Shown: in pieces, positions 19,657 through 30,873 of the stretch
How the letters are laid out: every line of letters begins with the position of its first letter
Numbering within the stretch: position 1 is the stretch's first letter
NCBI GenBank assembly: GCA_963666835.2
Contig: CAXXGO010000006.1
Location: forward strand, 2,496,001-2,560,000
Length of the DNA stretch: 64,000 nucleotides
Reading direction: 5' to 3'
From: Phycisphaerae bacterium
Lineage (GTDB): Bacteria > Planctomycetota > Phycisphaerae > UBA1845
Notes under the pieces: generated by a model
The model's input: the letters and a program-made list of their open reading frames with translations, nothing else
What the model was told of the DNA's origin: nothing
The model's database searches: none
Position numbers and translations under genes: made by a program

Positions 19657-20961
19657 ATGTCGTTTCTACGAGTCAGGGCAGTGGTTGCGCTTCCGTTCTT
19701 CGTGTTGCTCGGGCCTGTGTTGGTTATTTGCATGGGTGGCGGGGGAGACTCTGCGGTTGCCGTCACGGGCGACTGCCCGGACGCCACCATTACAATCGAA
19801 ATCAAGACCGATTTCTATCCTCAGGATATCACCTGGGAGCTGGTTCAGCAGGGTTACGGCGTGGTGGTTTCGGATGGGCCCCTCAGCCAGGCGTACACGG
19901 TACACACCTGGGATGTGTGCGTCGACTCGACCGCGTGCTACGACTTCACCATCTATGACTCGTACGGGGACGGCTTGGAGCACCCGGAGTATTACCGCGT
20001 GTTCTATGAGGGGGAACTTGTCGGTTCGGGCGGTCCGTTCGGCGACTTCGAGACCGTGCTTGATATTGGTGACGGATGCGTGGCACCATTCTGCGGCGAC
20101 GGAACTTGCGATCCCGACGAATCCCATCTGAGCTGCCCGGAGGATTGCCCGCCCTGTGAGTACTGCCAGGCATGTTACACCGAGCAGGAGAGCGAGTGGA
20201 TTACCCGCGTCGTGTTCAACACGATCGACAACCGTAGCGGGCAGGACGGCCCGTGCAGTTATGGCGATTACACCGCGGTTTCGACAACGTTGATGCGCGA
20301 GTCGACGCATAATCTACGCGTGTCGTTCTTCTCGAACGGGCAGTGGGATGAACATGTGCGGGCGTGGATCGACTGGAACCGGGATTGTGCGTTCGAGTCC
20401 AGTGAGAGCTACTACCTGGGTGAGGGCGTGGATGCGACCCTTTCGAGATCCGTAACGGTGCCGGCGGATGCGCTACTGGGCTGTACGCGAATGCGCGTGG
20501 TCGACAACTACGACACGGATGCCCGCGAGCCCTGCCCCGATCTGCTGTACGGCGAGGTGGAAGACTACACGGTCTGCGTAACGGACGGCACTGTCGGGGC
20601 CTGTTGCGTCGATGCCGACCCTTGGTGTCGAGGCTTTGTCACTGAGGCCGAGTGCGACGCCCAAGGCGGTATGTTCCTCGGCATCGACAGCACGTGCGAC
20701 GTGCCCGACTGCAATGACAACGGCGTTTCCGATCTATGCGACTTCGTTGCCGACGGTGATTTCACCGCCGACGGAGTCGTCGGGCTCGAGGACTACGAAG
20801 CGCTGGTCGAATGCCTGGACGGCCCGGGAGCATCACCGACCGTCCCGATCCCCGATTGCCTCAGTACTTACTTAGCCGCCTTCGACGCCGATATGGACGG
20901 CGACGTCGACCTGCGCGACGTGGGCGCGTTTCACATTTGTTTTGCCGTTTCGAATGAATAG
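19657..20961 (+). CDS. Secreted GEVED-domain protein with GACC repeat and dockerin-like tail
   Basis: AWIDWNRD...TRMRV...GEVEDY; GACC; GDFTADGVVGLED and DADMDGDVDLRD; GGAGG SD before ATG 19657. Confidence 0.85.
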   Translation: MSFLRVRAVVALPFFVLLGPVLVICMGGGGDSAVAVTGDCPDATITIEIKTDFYPQDITWELVQQGYGVVVSDGPLSQAYTVHTWDVCVDSTACYDFTIYDSYGDGLEHPEYYRVFYEGELVGSGGPFGDFETVLDIGDGCVAPFCGDGTCDPDESHLSCPEDCPPCEYCQACYTEQESEWITRVVFNTIDNRSGQDGPCSYGDYTAVSTTLMRESTHNLRVSFFSNGQWDEHVRAWIDWNRDCAFESSESYYLGEGVDATLSRSVTVPADALLGCTRMRVVDNYDTDAREPCPDLLYGEVEDYTVCVTDGTVGACCVDADPWCRGFVTEAECDAQGGMFLGIDSTCDVPDCNDNGVSDLCDFVADGDFTADGVVGLEDYEALVECLDGPGASPTVPIPDCLSTYLAAFDADMDGDVDLRDVGAFHICFAVSNE

Positions 20962-21058
20962 CGGGATTGTGTAACCACCGGTGCTTGTTTCTTTGGGGGG
21001 GCGTCTTTGGAGCGGGGGGACGCCCGCCGCCGGAGGGTCGGTCGTTGATGTCGTTCTT

Positions 21059-22777
21059 CTAGGGGACGGATTCAGGGATGGCGGCTTCTTCGCCCGGCTG
21101 ATCGGATGGAACTCGTAGGGGCTGCCGGTCCTCGCCGATCAGCAGGCGGGTGGGCGTGCAGAACCTGTCGTACAACGTGAGAGACCAACCGCCGGCCACC
21201 CGCTCGATCTCGTATCCGCCGGGGACGTCCATCGCGATTGGGTCCAGCCGCCCGAAGTGGTCGCTGGCGAAGAGGTCGCATGCTTCGGCAAGCGCGGCAG
21301 GCCAAACCGCCTCCAAGCCACCAGTTTCCGGCCATCGTTTCATCGACAGTTCGAAGGCGAAGTTGTTCACGTTTCTGTAGCGTTGCATTCCCAGCCACCC
21401 GGTCCCCTTGGGGCCCGTTTCTACGGTCGGCACGATTGCTGTCATCGAGAAACCGACGGCGGGGACCAGCAGCACCCCGCACACAACGTATGCAAGGAAC
21501 CGCTTCGAACGTGCCTTGCCTGAGTGGCATCCCATGATCGTCAGCGACAAGGCAACAACACCAAGAGAGAAGAATGCAACGCCTTGCCCGACCTCTGCGG
21601 CCGCTTCGTGCGCATATTCGGTTCGTCGATACGGGTTGCAGGGCTCCCATTCCAGATAGAAATCCTCAGTCATATCTTCCGGGTCGAGCTCCCCGCGAAG
21701 GTGTGTCAACACGCAGTCCGGCCACATCACCGCTACAACCTCCGGATGACCGATGCCGGCGTTATGCGTGTTGTTCGCTCGGTACAACGTGGCACATTCA
21801 TCCGTGACGAAGTCCGAGCGGTAGACACCTTGGTTACGCCGATTGGTGTTCGTGGCGTCAGGTTGGTAACGATCCACAAGAACCGGCCTCATGGATCGGT
21901 GCGCCCCGGCCTTGTCTGCAATGATGAACAGATCAAGCTGCATAGGATCAGCATTGACGCCGGTCAACTTCATGGGATAAACCGCACGCTCGGTCGGAAA
22001 CACGAACTTCAGGGGATGAGGTGTGATTGTGGAGGAGCCGCCTGTTTTGATCTGGGCCGCCGCAAAGCACCAACCCCGTTTCGCGTAGTCGGAGAGAACG
22101 GGCTCGGCTTGCTCGGAAACGTGGAAGCCGCGCTCGGTGAGCCACTGGCGGATCGACTCGCCATTGGTGCCGCTGATGACGGCTACATCGTACGCTCCGA
22201 TCTGGCGGCTATCGATAACCGTTACGCCAGATGCGCCCGGCGATACGCCGGCCGTACCCAGGCTCGGAAGCAAGATGCCCGACACCACGAGAAAAACGAG
22301 CAGAAGCAGCACGGCATTCAGGACGGACCTGAAGGGCTTTTCGGGAGTGCCGCTCCAGTACTTTGCCAATGCGATTATGGATGCCAAGAGGCATGATACC
22401 GCCACCAGGCGGCCGACCAGCAGGATGCCGCTGGCATCAGATCGAATCTCCGGCCCGGTCAGTAGATGCATGGTCCTGAGGAGCCCGGGCTTGCAGGCGG
22501 CTACATCGGTTGGGACCCCCGGCAGCGGCACGACCCATCCAACGCGCTCTTCCGCGTTCTGCGCGGTCGATTCGACAATGAGGGTCTCAATGCCGTCCTT
22601 GTAGCTGACGATTGCTCTTTGATATGGGATCGTAGGATCGGCCTCGGCGCCTACGTTTCGGAAGAACTTGCCATCAGCATCGGCGGTGCCGGGTGTGCTC
22701 AACATCAGGAGTACGATTCCGAGGACCAATGCCCGAGTGAGGAGCTCGGAGCTTCCGTGCCTTTGGGTTGTTCTCAT
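21059..22777 (-). CDS. DUF2330-like secreted/membrane protein
   Basis: Signal peptide ending ADG; QRAIV...ETLIVES...GWVVPLP; GAYDVAV...WL..RGF; HPLKFVF...YPMKLT. Confidence 0.75.
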   Translation of the reverse strand: MRTTQRHGSSELLTRALVLGIVLLMLSTPGTADADGKFFRNVGAEADPTIPYQRAIVSYKDGIETLIVESTAQNAEERVGWVVPLPGVPTDVAACKPGLLRTMHLLTGPEIRSDASGILLVGRLVAVSCLLASIIALAKYWSGTPEKPFRSVLNAVLLLLVFLVVSGILLPSLGTAGVSPGASGVTVIDSRQIGAYDVAVISGTNGESIRQWLTERGFHVSEQAEPVLSDYAKRGWCFAAAQIKTGGSSTITPHPLKFVFPTERAVYPMKLTGVNADPMQLDLFIIADKAGAHRSMRPVLVDRYQPDATNTNRRNQGVYRSDFVTDECATLYRANNTHNAGIGHPEVVAVMWPDCVLTHLRGELDPEDMTEDFYLEWEPCNPYRRTEYAHEAAAEVGQGVAFFSLGVVALSLTIMGCHSGKARSKRFLAYVVCGVLLVPAVGFSMTAIVPTVETGPKGTGWLGMQRYRNVNNFAFELSMKRWPETGGLEAVWPAALAEACDLFASDHFGRLDPIAMDVPGGYEIERVAGGWSLTLYDRFCTPTRLLIGEDRQPLRVPSDQPGEEAAIPESVP

Positions 22778-22968
22778 CCTGAATCTACCCCGATAGACGC
22801 AGCACCTGATGCGTGTGAGCTACAACTACATGTTATACGCTGGTTTTGTCAAACCGGTTTCCAGTAGGGTGACGTTTCCAACACGCGGCAAGCCGCCGGC
22901 GACTTCCCCGGACTTGGCACGCAACCCATCACCTTGGACACCTTGTCTAAAAGTCCCGTACGACCCTC

Positions 22969-23012
22969 TTGACGTGCGGGCTCTTACCTGTAATCATAAT
23001 AAGTACTGATAA
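22969..23012 (+). promoter_or_regulatory. AT-rich Fur/PerR-box-like site and -35 element upstream of the regulator
   Basis: TTGACG followed by TGTAATCATAATAAG, resembling the 7-1-7 Fur/PerR box, in otherwise GC-rich DNA. Confidence 0.4.
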
Positions 23013-23021
23013 GGGGGGCGT

Positions 23022-23438
23022 GTGCAGACGAAGGGGCCACAGCGGAATACGCGGCAGCGGCAGGTGGTGTTGGAGGAGCTTAAGAAGCTGACTTCGCACC
23101 CGACGGCCGCGGAGTTGTACGAGATCACCCGGGCGCGGTTGCCGAAGATTAGCCTCGGCACGGTCTACCGTAACCTGGAACTGCTGGCCGAGAACTCGGT
23201 CATCCAGAAGTTGACGATGGGCGGCGGGGAGGCGCGGTTCGACGGCAACCCGGAGCGTCACTACCACGTTCGGTGCGTCTATTGCGGACGGGTGGACGAT
23301 GTGCATGACCTGCCGGCCGGTTTCGTGAAGAACGTCGCTCCGAAGCTCGGTGGCTATGAGATTCTCGGGTATCGTCTGGATTTCAACGGGATATGCCCCG
23401 AGTGTAAGAAGAAACGACCCGGATCGGAGAGAGGCTGA
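23022..23438 (+). CDS. Fur-family transcriptional repressor (PerR-like by context)
   Basis: TRQR...HPTAAELY...SLGTVYRNL...RFDG..HYHVRCVYCG...GICPEC. Confidence 0.92.
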   Translation: MQTKGPQRNTRQRQVVLEELKKLTSHPTAAELYEITRARLPKISLGTVYRNLELLAENSVIQKLTMGGGEARFDGNPERHYHVRCVYCGRVDDVHDLPAGFVKNVAPKLGGYEILGYRLDFNGICPECKKKRPGSERG

Positions 23439-23805
23439 AAGCGGCCCGATCGCGCGGGCGATGCGGCTGCGTTGGTCATGATTGACCGGGAACTGGGCGC
23501 ACCGGTTCGACCGCGGACGCACAATAGGCGGTGTCGCTCCGGCAGCGGCGACGGGAGCGCCTCGCGGCGTTCTTGCTGGCGAGATGGGCGGGCTGCCCGG
23601 ATGGACGCTCGCCGCGGGCATCGGTAGTATGAATATGACGTGTTCCCCGGCAGGGGGCATGGTTAGAGCCGTCGAGAAAGACCGGTCGACCTCTTGACGC
23701 GCTTTACGAGTGTTGTAGATCACTTTGAAACGTGCCGGGTATCGCATCGAGAGTTCGGGCGGTCCGCACCGAGATACGGTTCCGCCTTATGGAGGTTCAA
23801 CAGAG

Positions 23806-24321
23806 ATGACCGAACGTGCCAATGCAGTGACATTCAAGGGGGCTCCGCTGACGTTGATGGGTGGGGAGCTGAAAGTCGGGGATCAGGCTCCGCACTTTAC
23901 GCTGGTGGGCAATGATCTGGCCGACGTCGAGTGCAAGAGGTTTCACGGTAAGGTGCGGGTGTTGAGCGTGGCCCCAAGTATCGACACGCCCGTCTGCGCC
24001 GCGCAAACGCGTACGTTCAACAAGGAAGCGGCGGGTTTTTCGGAAGATGTCGTGATTGTGAGTGTGAGCATGGATCTGCCGTTTGCCCTTGCCCGTTTCT
24101 GCGGTGCGGACGGCATCGAACGCGTCATCACGGCCAGCGATTACAAGTATCGCAGTTTCGGCGAGGCCTACGGCGTCTTCATCCGTGAACTGGGTCTGTT
24201 GACCCGCGCGGTCTTTGTCATCGACCGTCAAGAGAAAGTGGTGTATGCGGAGTACGTACCGGAGGTGACGAGCGAGCCCGACTACGCTACGGCGTTGGAG
24301 GCCGTGAAGGCGGCTCTGTAG
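23806..24321 (+). CDS. tpx: Thiol peroxidase (Tpx-type peroxiredoxin)
   Basis: VTFKGAPLTL, PSIDTPVC, DLPFALARFC, EPDY; GGAGG SD before ATG 23806. Confidence 0.93.
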   Translation: MTERANAVTFKGAPLTLMGGELKVGDQAPHFTLVGNDLADVECKRFHGKVRVLSVAPSIDTPVCAAQTRTFNKEAAGFSEDVVIVSVSMDLPFALARFCGADGIERVITASDYKYRSFGEAYGVFIRELGLLTRAVFVIDRQEKVVYAEYVPEVTSEPDYATALEAVKAAL

Positions 24322-24376
24322 GTTGTGGCGGCGGGAAGGACTCGCTCCGCGGACCGGCGCCGGATCCTCAATAAGT

Positions 24377-24464
24377 GGTCCGTACAGTGGACCCCTCGCT
24401 GAATAAGGCGGTCCGTACAGTGGACCCTGCGTATTCTCACTCAGTAGGGTCCGCTGTACGGACC
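24377..24464. repeat. Cluster of three REP-like palindromes (GTAG family)
   Basis: GGTCCGTACAGTGGACCC at 24377 and 24410; inverted copy GTAG-GGTCCGCTGTACGGACC at 24444-24464. Confidence 0.75.
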
Positions 24465-24495
24465 GTATGGTTCTGGTTGTAAGAAAGGAATCGAC

Positions 24496-24831
24496 ATGAA
24501 GAAGTGGAAATGCAGTGCGTGCGGGTATATTCATGACGGTGACGAGCCTCCGGCACAGTGCCCCAAGTGCGGCGCGATTGCCGAGAAGTTCACGTTGCTT
24601 GACGACACAGCGGCGAACCTGGTTGAGCGGTCGCGGCACACAAACTCTTTGCATTGCCGGCTCGTCAATCTGGGCCGCAAGATGGAGCAGGTCTGCAAGG
24701 ACGGCATCGAAGATAAGCTGGATCCGGGTTGCGTGGACGTTTTCGAGAAGACCCTGGCGCACAGCTATGAGATCATGAAGCTGGCGATGACGGAGATCCA
24801 GGGACACATCGCCAAGGGCAAGTGGGGGTAG
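24496..24831 (+). CDS. Rubredoxin-like domain protein with C-terminal helical extension
   Basis: WKCSACGYIH..PPAQCPKCGA; AAGGA SD. Confidence 0.88.
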   Translation: MKKWKCSACGYIHDGDEPPAQCPKCGAIAEKFTLLDDTAANLVERSRHTNSLHCRLVNLGRKMEQVCKDGIEDKLDPGCVDVFEKTLAHSYEIMKLAMTEIQGHIAKGKWG

Positions 24832-24915
24832 AGAAGACCAGGGGCGAGTCGGACGATAGCGGCGCCGAGACCACGAGGGGCTCGTCGGCACGTTCCCGGA
24901 TTGCCGGAGGATTGT

Positions 24916-25050
24916 AGGGCGTTGGACAACGTGGACGGAATCCTCGATTACGCGATCAGCCAAGAGGAACAGGCGGCTAAGTTCTACACGGAGCTTGCCG
25001 AGGAGCGGTTCGAGATCGAGTACGACGATTACGTGTTCGGGAACGGGTAG
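24916..25050 (+). pseudogene. Internally deleted ferritin-like/rubrerythrin-family gene relic
   Basis: Reads (R)ALDNVDGILDYAISQEEQAAKFYTELAEE|RFEIEYDDYVFGNG*, i.e. an N-terminal helix joined to a C-terminus-like segment. GGAGGA SD at 24906. Confidence 0.65.
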
Positions 25051-25073
25051 GCTGGAAGAGCGAGGAGCTGTAA

Positions 25074-25586
25074 ATGGTACGCGAGCAAAGCCAACTGGCG
25101 GAGGGATTGCTGAAAGCGGCGCAGGCTGAGCGGGACGGCCATAGTTTCTACCACATGGCCGCCACCACCAGCGAGGATCCCAAGGCCAAAGACGTTTTCG
25201 CCCAATTGGCCGCGGAAGAGTTGGATCACATGAACTTCTTGATCCGGCACTACGAGGCCGTGGTGAAGACGGGCAGTCCGGATCCGTCGGCGACCTTGGG
25301 AAAGCGGGTGGCGCTTACCGGAGCGTGGCCGATTTTCTCCGAGGGGATCAAGACGCGGCTGAAGGATGCTCATTACGAAATGAGCGCGCTGTCAATCGGC
25401 GTCCAGCTCGAGTTAGATGCCCAGAAGTTCTACCGCGAACTGGCAGGCCGTACGGATGAGCCGGCCGCGAAGAAGTTCCTGCTGGACCTGGCGGATTGGG
25501 AAGCGGAACACTATCAAGCGTTGCTTCGACAGCAGGAAGCGTTAAAAGAAGACTACTGGACCCAGAACGGCTTTACGGCGTTCTGA
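25074..25586 (+). CDS. Ferritin-like (rubrerythrin-family) diiron protein without rubredoxin domain
   Basis: E..G..FY...LAAEELDH and ELDAQKFY...LADWEAEH duplicated ExxH motifs. Confidence 0.88.
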   Translation: MVREQSQLAEGLLKAAQAERDGHSFYHMAATTSEDPKAKDVFAQLAAEELDHMNFLIRHYEAVVKTGSPDPSATLGKRVALTGAWPIFSEGIKTRLKDAHYEMSALSIGVQLELDAQKFYRELAGRTDEPAAKKFLLDLADWEAEHYQALLRQQEALKEDYWTQNGFTAF

Positions 25587-25619
25587 CAGGAATATCAGGC
25601 CAACAACGAAGGAAGTAGC

Positions 25620-26195
25620 ATGGCAACACTCAAGGGAAGTCAAACCGAGAAGAACCTCCTGACGGCATTTGCGGGCGAATCGCAAGCCAGGAATCGTTAC
25701 ACGTACTTTGCCGGAAAGGCAAAGAAGGAAGGGTTCGTTCAGATTGCGGATATCTTCGAAGAAACTGCGAACCAAGAGAAGGAACACGCCAAGCGGTTCT
25801 TCAAGTTCCTTGAAGGCGGAGACGTGGAGATTTCAGGGACGTTCCCGGCCGGGGTCATCGGTAGCACGGCCGAGAATCTCAAGGCGGCGGCGGCCGGGGA
25901 GCACGAGGAATGGGAGTGCATGTATCCGGAGTTCGCGGCGACTGCGCGCAAAGAGGGCTTCGAGGCTATAGCAAAGGTGTTTGAGGCGGTTAGTGTAGCC
26001 GAGAAGCAGCACGAGAAGCGTTACCTTGATCTGCTGGCGAACGTCGAGGCCGGGACGGTCTTCAAGAGGAAGGAAAAGGCCGTTTGGCGTTGCCGGAACT
26101 GTGGCTACCTCCACGAAGGTACCGAGGCTCCGGACACCTGTGCGGCGTGTGCCCATCCCCAGGCTCACTTCGAGCTGCTGGGGGAGAACTGGTAG
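25620..26195 (+). CDS. rbr: Rubrerythrin
   Basis: NLLTAFAGESQARNRY, EKEHA, EKQHE, C-terminal WRCRNCGY...CAACAHP. Confidence 0.96.
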   Translation: MATLKGSQTEKNLLTAFAGESQARNRYTYFAGKAKKEGFVQIADIFEETANQEKEHAKRFFKFLEGGDVEISGTFPAGVIGSTAENLKAAAAGEHEEWECMYPEFAATARKEGFEAIAKVFEAVSVAEKQHEKRYLDLLANVEAGTVFKRKEKAVWRCRNCGYLHEGTEAPDTCAACAHPQAHFELLGENW

Positions 26196-26455
26196 GGAGT
26201 AGGCGGTGAGGGGAGGTCTGCGGACTACGCTTCCGCCGGCGTTGCGTAGATGACGCGCACCTCCAGGCGAGGAGTCCGTGCGCAGGGTCTCTCAAACCGA
26301 GATTGCGCGCTGCCGAGGAGCCGTCCTCCAGGGTCCGAGTGTTTTCGTCTGCGGGCGCCCGTTCGATTAACGCCGTATCGAGAATCGGTCTCAGCGGTAC
26401 GCGGCATATCAGACGCTGCGCTTAGTCGAGGATTGAGCGGCCTCCCCGTGATCGG

Positions 26456-27409
26456 GTGGACCAAGACCCCAAGATGAAGATTGGAGCGCGCAAACGCGGT
26501 ACTTTGCGACAACCAGGGACGTTCTGTCCAATCCACTCAGATGTACCGGCCCTATTCTCGCTTGGCTTTCAGGTGACTTACGTCCTTGGACTATGGACAT
26601 TGGAACTGGGTAACCGGGGGTGGCCACGGTGGCTTGCTGCGGTTCTTCCGGACTGGTTTCCAGGACCGGCGGTCCTCCTGTTTCTGATGCCATCCATTGC
26701 GATCTTTGCGGCAGGAGTTTCACTTATCTGGACGGAACGCAGAAGCCCTCGCGAGCAGGCGGCGTTTTCTGCCACTCCGAGGATCTGTCGGGTAGCAGCG
26801 ATAGGGTCAATCGTATTGTGGATCGACTTGCTCTGGCGGACACGCTGGCACCTTTGCGAACTACCTTGGTTACTCGTCACGTGCTTCGCGACCTTACCGA
26901 TGATGCCGTTGGTCGATCGTCCGTTCCGTAGCTTCCGTCGCTGGCGTGCTGGGAGATGTATGCGATGTGACCACGAGCTTTCTGCTAGGTCGCTCGCTTG
27001 CAGTACGTGCGGTCTCACAAATGCTGCAGGGAGTCCAGAGGAAGTATGTCCGGTACATTGGCTGCCCGCGACGATGACTCTAGCCTCGTCTGTCGTCGTG
27101 GCCATTCCCGTGCTTGGATTCCACGTTTTTCGAGCCGCACACGGAATCCGCCCGATCGAGCTTTTCGATGCCTCGCGAAGGGTCACACCCGGCTCAGCCG
27201 CGAGTCGCTTTGTTGAGTCTGGACTGCTCATAGGGCTTATAGTTCCCTGGGTCGCGTGTGTAGTGGGAGTCTGTTCCGTCATCGTTATAGGCGTCGCGGT
27301 CATACGAAAGGACGGACGTGCCGGACGGTCTGCCGCAATAGCCATTGCGTTGAGCTGCCTGGCTGGCCTAATGGCATACCAAACGGGTATGGCGATCCGT
27401 GGGACTTAG
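26456..27409 (+). CDS. Hypothetical membrane protein with central Zn-ribbon-like motif
   Basis: Several TMs; GRCMRCDHEL...CSTCG; codon usage looks less GC-biased; start uncertain. Confidence 0.5.
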   Translation: MDQDPKMKIGARKRGTLRQPGTFCPIHSDVPALFSLGFQVTYVLGLWTLELGNRGWPRWLAAVLPDWFPGPAVLLFLMPSIAIFAAGVSLIWTERRSPREQAAFSATPRICRVAAIGSIVLWIDLLWRTRWHLCELPWLLVTCFATLPMMPLVDRPFRSFRRWRAGRCMRCDHELSARSLACSTCGLTNAAGSPEEVCPVHWLPATMTLASSVVVAIPVLGFHVFRAAHGIRPIELFDASRRVTPGSAASRFVESGLLIGLIVPWVACVVGVCSVIVIGVAVIRKDGRAGRSAAIAIALSCLAGLMAYQTGMAIRGT

Positions 27410-27530
27410 TACGGTAGGCCGGTCGGGCTTGGCTGATCATCGGCTCCCCCACGTCCAGCGGGGGTGCCATTGAACGGCCCGCGGAGGCGCGCAGCGCACG
27501 GCAAAGACAAAAGGACGCGGGCCACCCGGC

Positions 27531-27551
27531 GTTGGGCAGAGCCCACCCTAC
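27531..27551 (-). repeat. Single GTAG-family REP-like palindrome
   Basis: Reverse complement reads GTAG-GGTGGGCTCTGCCCAAC. Confidence 0.55.
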
Positions 27552-27595
27552 TTGGCTTTGTCCTTGACATGCTTCAGCCCTTTGTCTGTCACCGC

Positions 27596-28168
27596 TTAAA
27601 GATCATCCGCCACGTGCCAGTCGACGGCGTCGGTCTCGCACGTGATCGCGGCCACGTGGCTGTTGTGGAAGAAGTGCTCTACGGGCCAGGTCTGCCCTTT
27701 GTATTGCAGGGTCATGCGCGACGAGTTCGTGACCTCGACCAGGCGGCACGCGGAGAGCCCGGCGACCCCGGTTCCATTCGCCTTGAGGACGGCCTCCTTC
27801 GCCGTCCACAGGCGGAAGAAGGTCGGCCAGGATCGCCCCCGCAGCATATCCCATTCTTCCGGGGAAGCGGCGGCATCCATGATGGCTTCGTTACGCCGGG
27901 GGGCGACGTGCTCGATGTCGATGCCCACCGGGCGGTCGGCGATTACCGCGGCCGCCCACAGACGCTTGTGCGTGATTGACCAATACCAGCCGTCTTGCGG
28001 AAGGGGGGCGCCGGCGGCGTTTTTCTTCCAGCCGTTCTGCGGTGCTCCGCAGAGCCGGGCGCATTCTCGCAAGGCCGCGCGCGCGCTGGCCTGTTGTTGT
28101 TTGACTTGGTCAGGGATGCGAGTGCCTTCGCGCTGGGGGATCGGGGTGAGTACCGGGCGCAGGATCAT
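27596..28168 (-). CDS. 4'-phosphopantetheinyl transferase (Sfp-like)
   Basis: [29 protein letters not shown]. Confidence 0.92.
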   Translation of the reverse strand: MILRPVLTPIPQREGTRIPDQVKQQQASARAALRECARLCGAPQNGWKKNAAGAPLPQDGWYWSITHKRLWAAAVIADRPVGIDIEHVAPRRNEAIMDAAASPEEWDMLRGRSWPTFFRLWTAKEAVLKANGTGVAGLSACRLVEVTNSSRMTLQYKGQTWPVEHFFHNSHVAAITCETDAVDWHVADDL

Positions 28169-28986
28169 GGCGATTCGGTCGGCCAGATGCCGGCGAGAGT
28201 GTGCTTGACGACGTCGGCGTCGAAGTAGTTCGTCTCCATACCGGCGTCCACCACAATACCCTGGGCATTGATGCCGCTAGATCGCTCGCTCAGCAGAAAC
28301 AACGCCGTGTTGGCCACTTCGTCCGTATCCAATCCGCGCTTGCGCAGCGTGACGTGCTCCGCGTACATGTAGTTGTCGATATACCCGGGGATGCCGGCCG
28401 AGGCGCTGGTCTTGAGCAAGCCCGCCCGCACCCCGTTAAAACGAACCTCGGAGAACCGACTGAACGACTTCGCCAGAAAGGCCAGTGACGAGTCCAACGC
28501 CGCCTTGGCCGGAGCCATATATCCGTAGCTCTCCACGGCCATCCGCGTGGTCGAGATGGAAATGGTCACCACGCTGCCGCGGCGGTCGAGCAGATCTCGA
28601 AAGGCGTTGGCTACGGCAATGAGCGAGTAACAGCTTACCGATACGCATTGCAGGAAATCTTCGCGGCGCACCTCATGGAATTTGCCGGAAAACGATTCGT
28701 AGTTGGCGAACGCGATTGAGTGGACGATGCCGTCGATTTTCTGGTGCTTCCGGCCGACCGCTTCTGCCAAGGCGGCAATCTGTTCGTCCTGCTCGACGTC
28801 GCACACGTGGACCTCGCGGCCGGGCAGCAGCTTGCTTGACTCCTCTCGGCGGGTCTCGTTGCGGACCCCGTATACGACCCTGGCGCCTTCTTCTTCCAAG
28901 AGCCGGGCGACGCGATAGGCCACGCTGCGCTTGTTGGCCACGCCCAATACGAGGTATGTTTTGTCGGTCAGATTAAGATAACTCAC
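28165..28986 (-). CDS. fabI: Enoyl-ACP reductase, FabI-like SDR
   Basis: [25 protein letters not shown] (YxxMxxxK); 4-bp overlaps at both ends. Confidence 0.85.
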   Translation of the reverse strand: MSYLNLTDKTYLVLGVANKRSVAYRVARLLEEEGARVVYGVRNETRREESSKLLPGREVHVCDVEQDEQIAALAEAVGRKHQKIDGIVHSIAFANYESFSGKFHEVRREDFLQCVSVSCYSLIAVANAFRDLLDRRGSVVTISISTTRMAVESYGYMAPAKAALDSSLAFLAKSFSRFSEVRFNGVRAGLLKTSASAGIPGYIDNYMYAEHVTLRKRGLDTDEVANTALFLLSERSSGINAQGIVVDAGMETNYFDADVVKHTLAGIWPTESP

Positions 28987-29421
28987 GCCGACGGTTCCTC
29001 CGCCTCAGCTTGCGTACAAGTGAACGTGACGCGAAGGGCCAACTTATCTTCAACGGTAACCCTGCCCGTGAGAAAGAACGCGTTCTGCAGTTCGTCGTCG
29101 AGCGTCACCTCGACCCGGAGCATCTGCCCGGGACGTACGATCTGCCGAAAGCGGGCGTCGCGAATCCGCGTGAGGACCGGGACCCCGGCCGTGGGATCGT
29201 ATCCGCCGAGTCGATGCGCGATCAGCAGGGCTCCAGCCTGAAAGCAGCACTCGCAGACCAAGACCCCCGGCATCACCGGGTGCCCGGGATAGTGCCCCGT
29301 GAAGAAATCGGCTTTCGGGTCGGCGAGCGTTGTCGTGACGATGCGGTCGTCAGTGACTTCCACGATGTCGTCAACAAAAAGAAACGGAGGGCGGTGGGGG
29401 ATCGAAGAAACGCTTAATATG

Positions 29422-29429
<8 letters not shown>
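28983..29429 (-). CDS. fabZ: 3-hydroxyacyl-ACP dehydratase, FabZ-like
   Basis: [30 protein letters not shown]. Confidence 0.88.
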
Positions 29430-30864
<1,435 letters not shown>

Positions 30865-30873
30865 AATCGTCGA

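Noticed and set aside
24371..24464. Possible mini-CRISPR array
   Set aside because: Only two direct copies with a ~15-bp spacer, the third is inverted, and there are no cas genes; REP-like instead.
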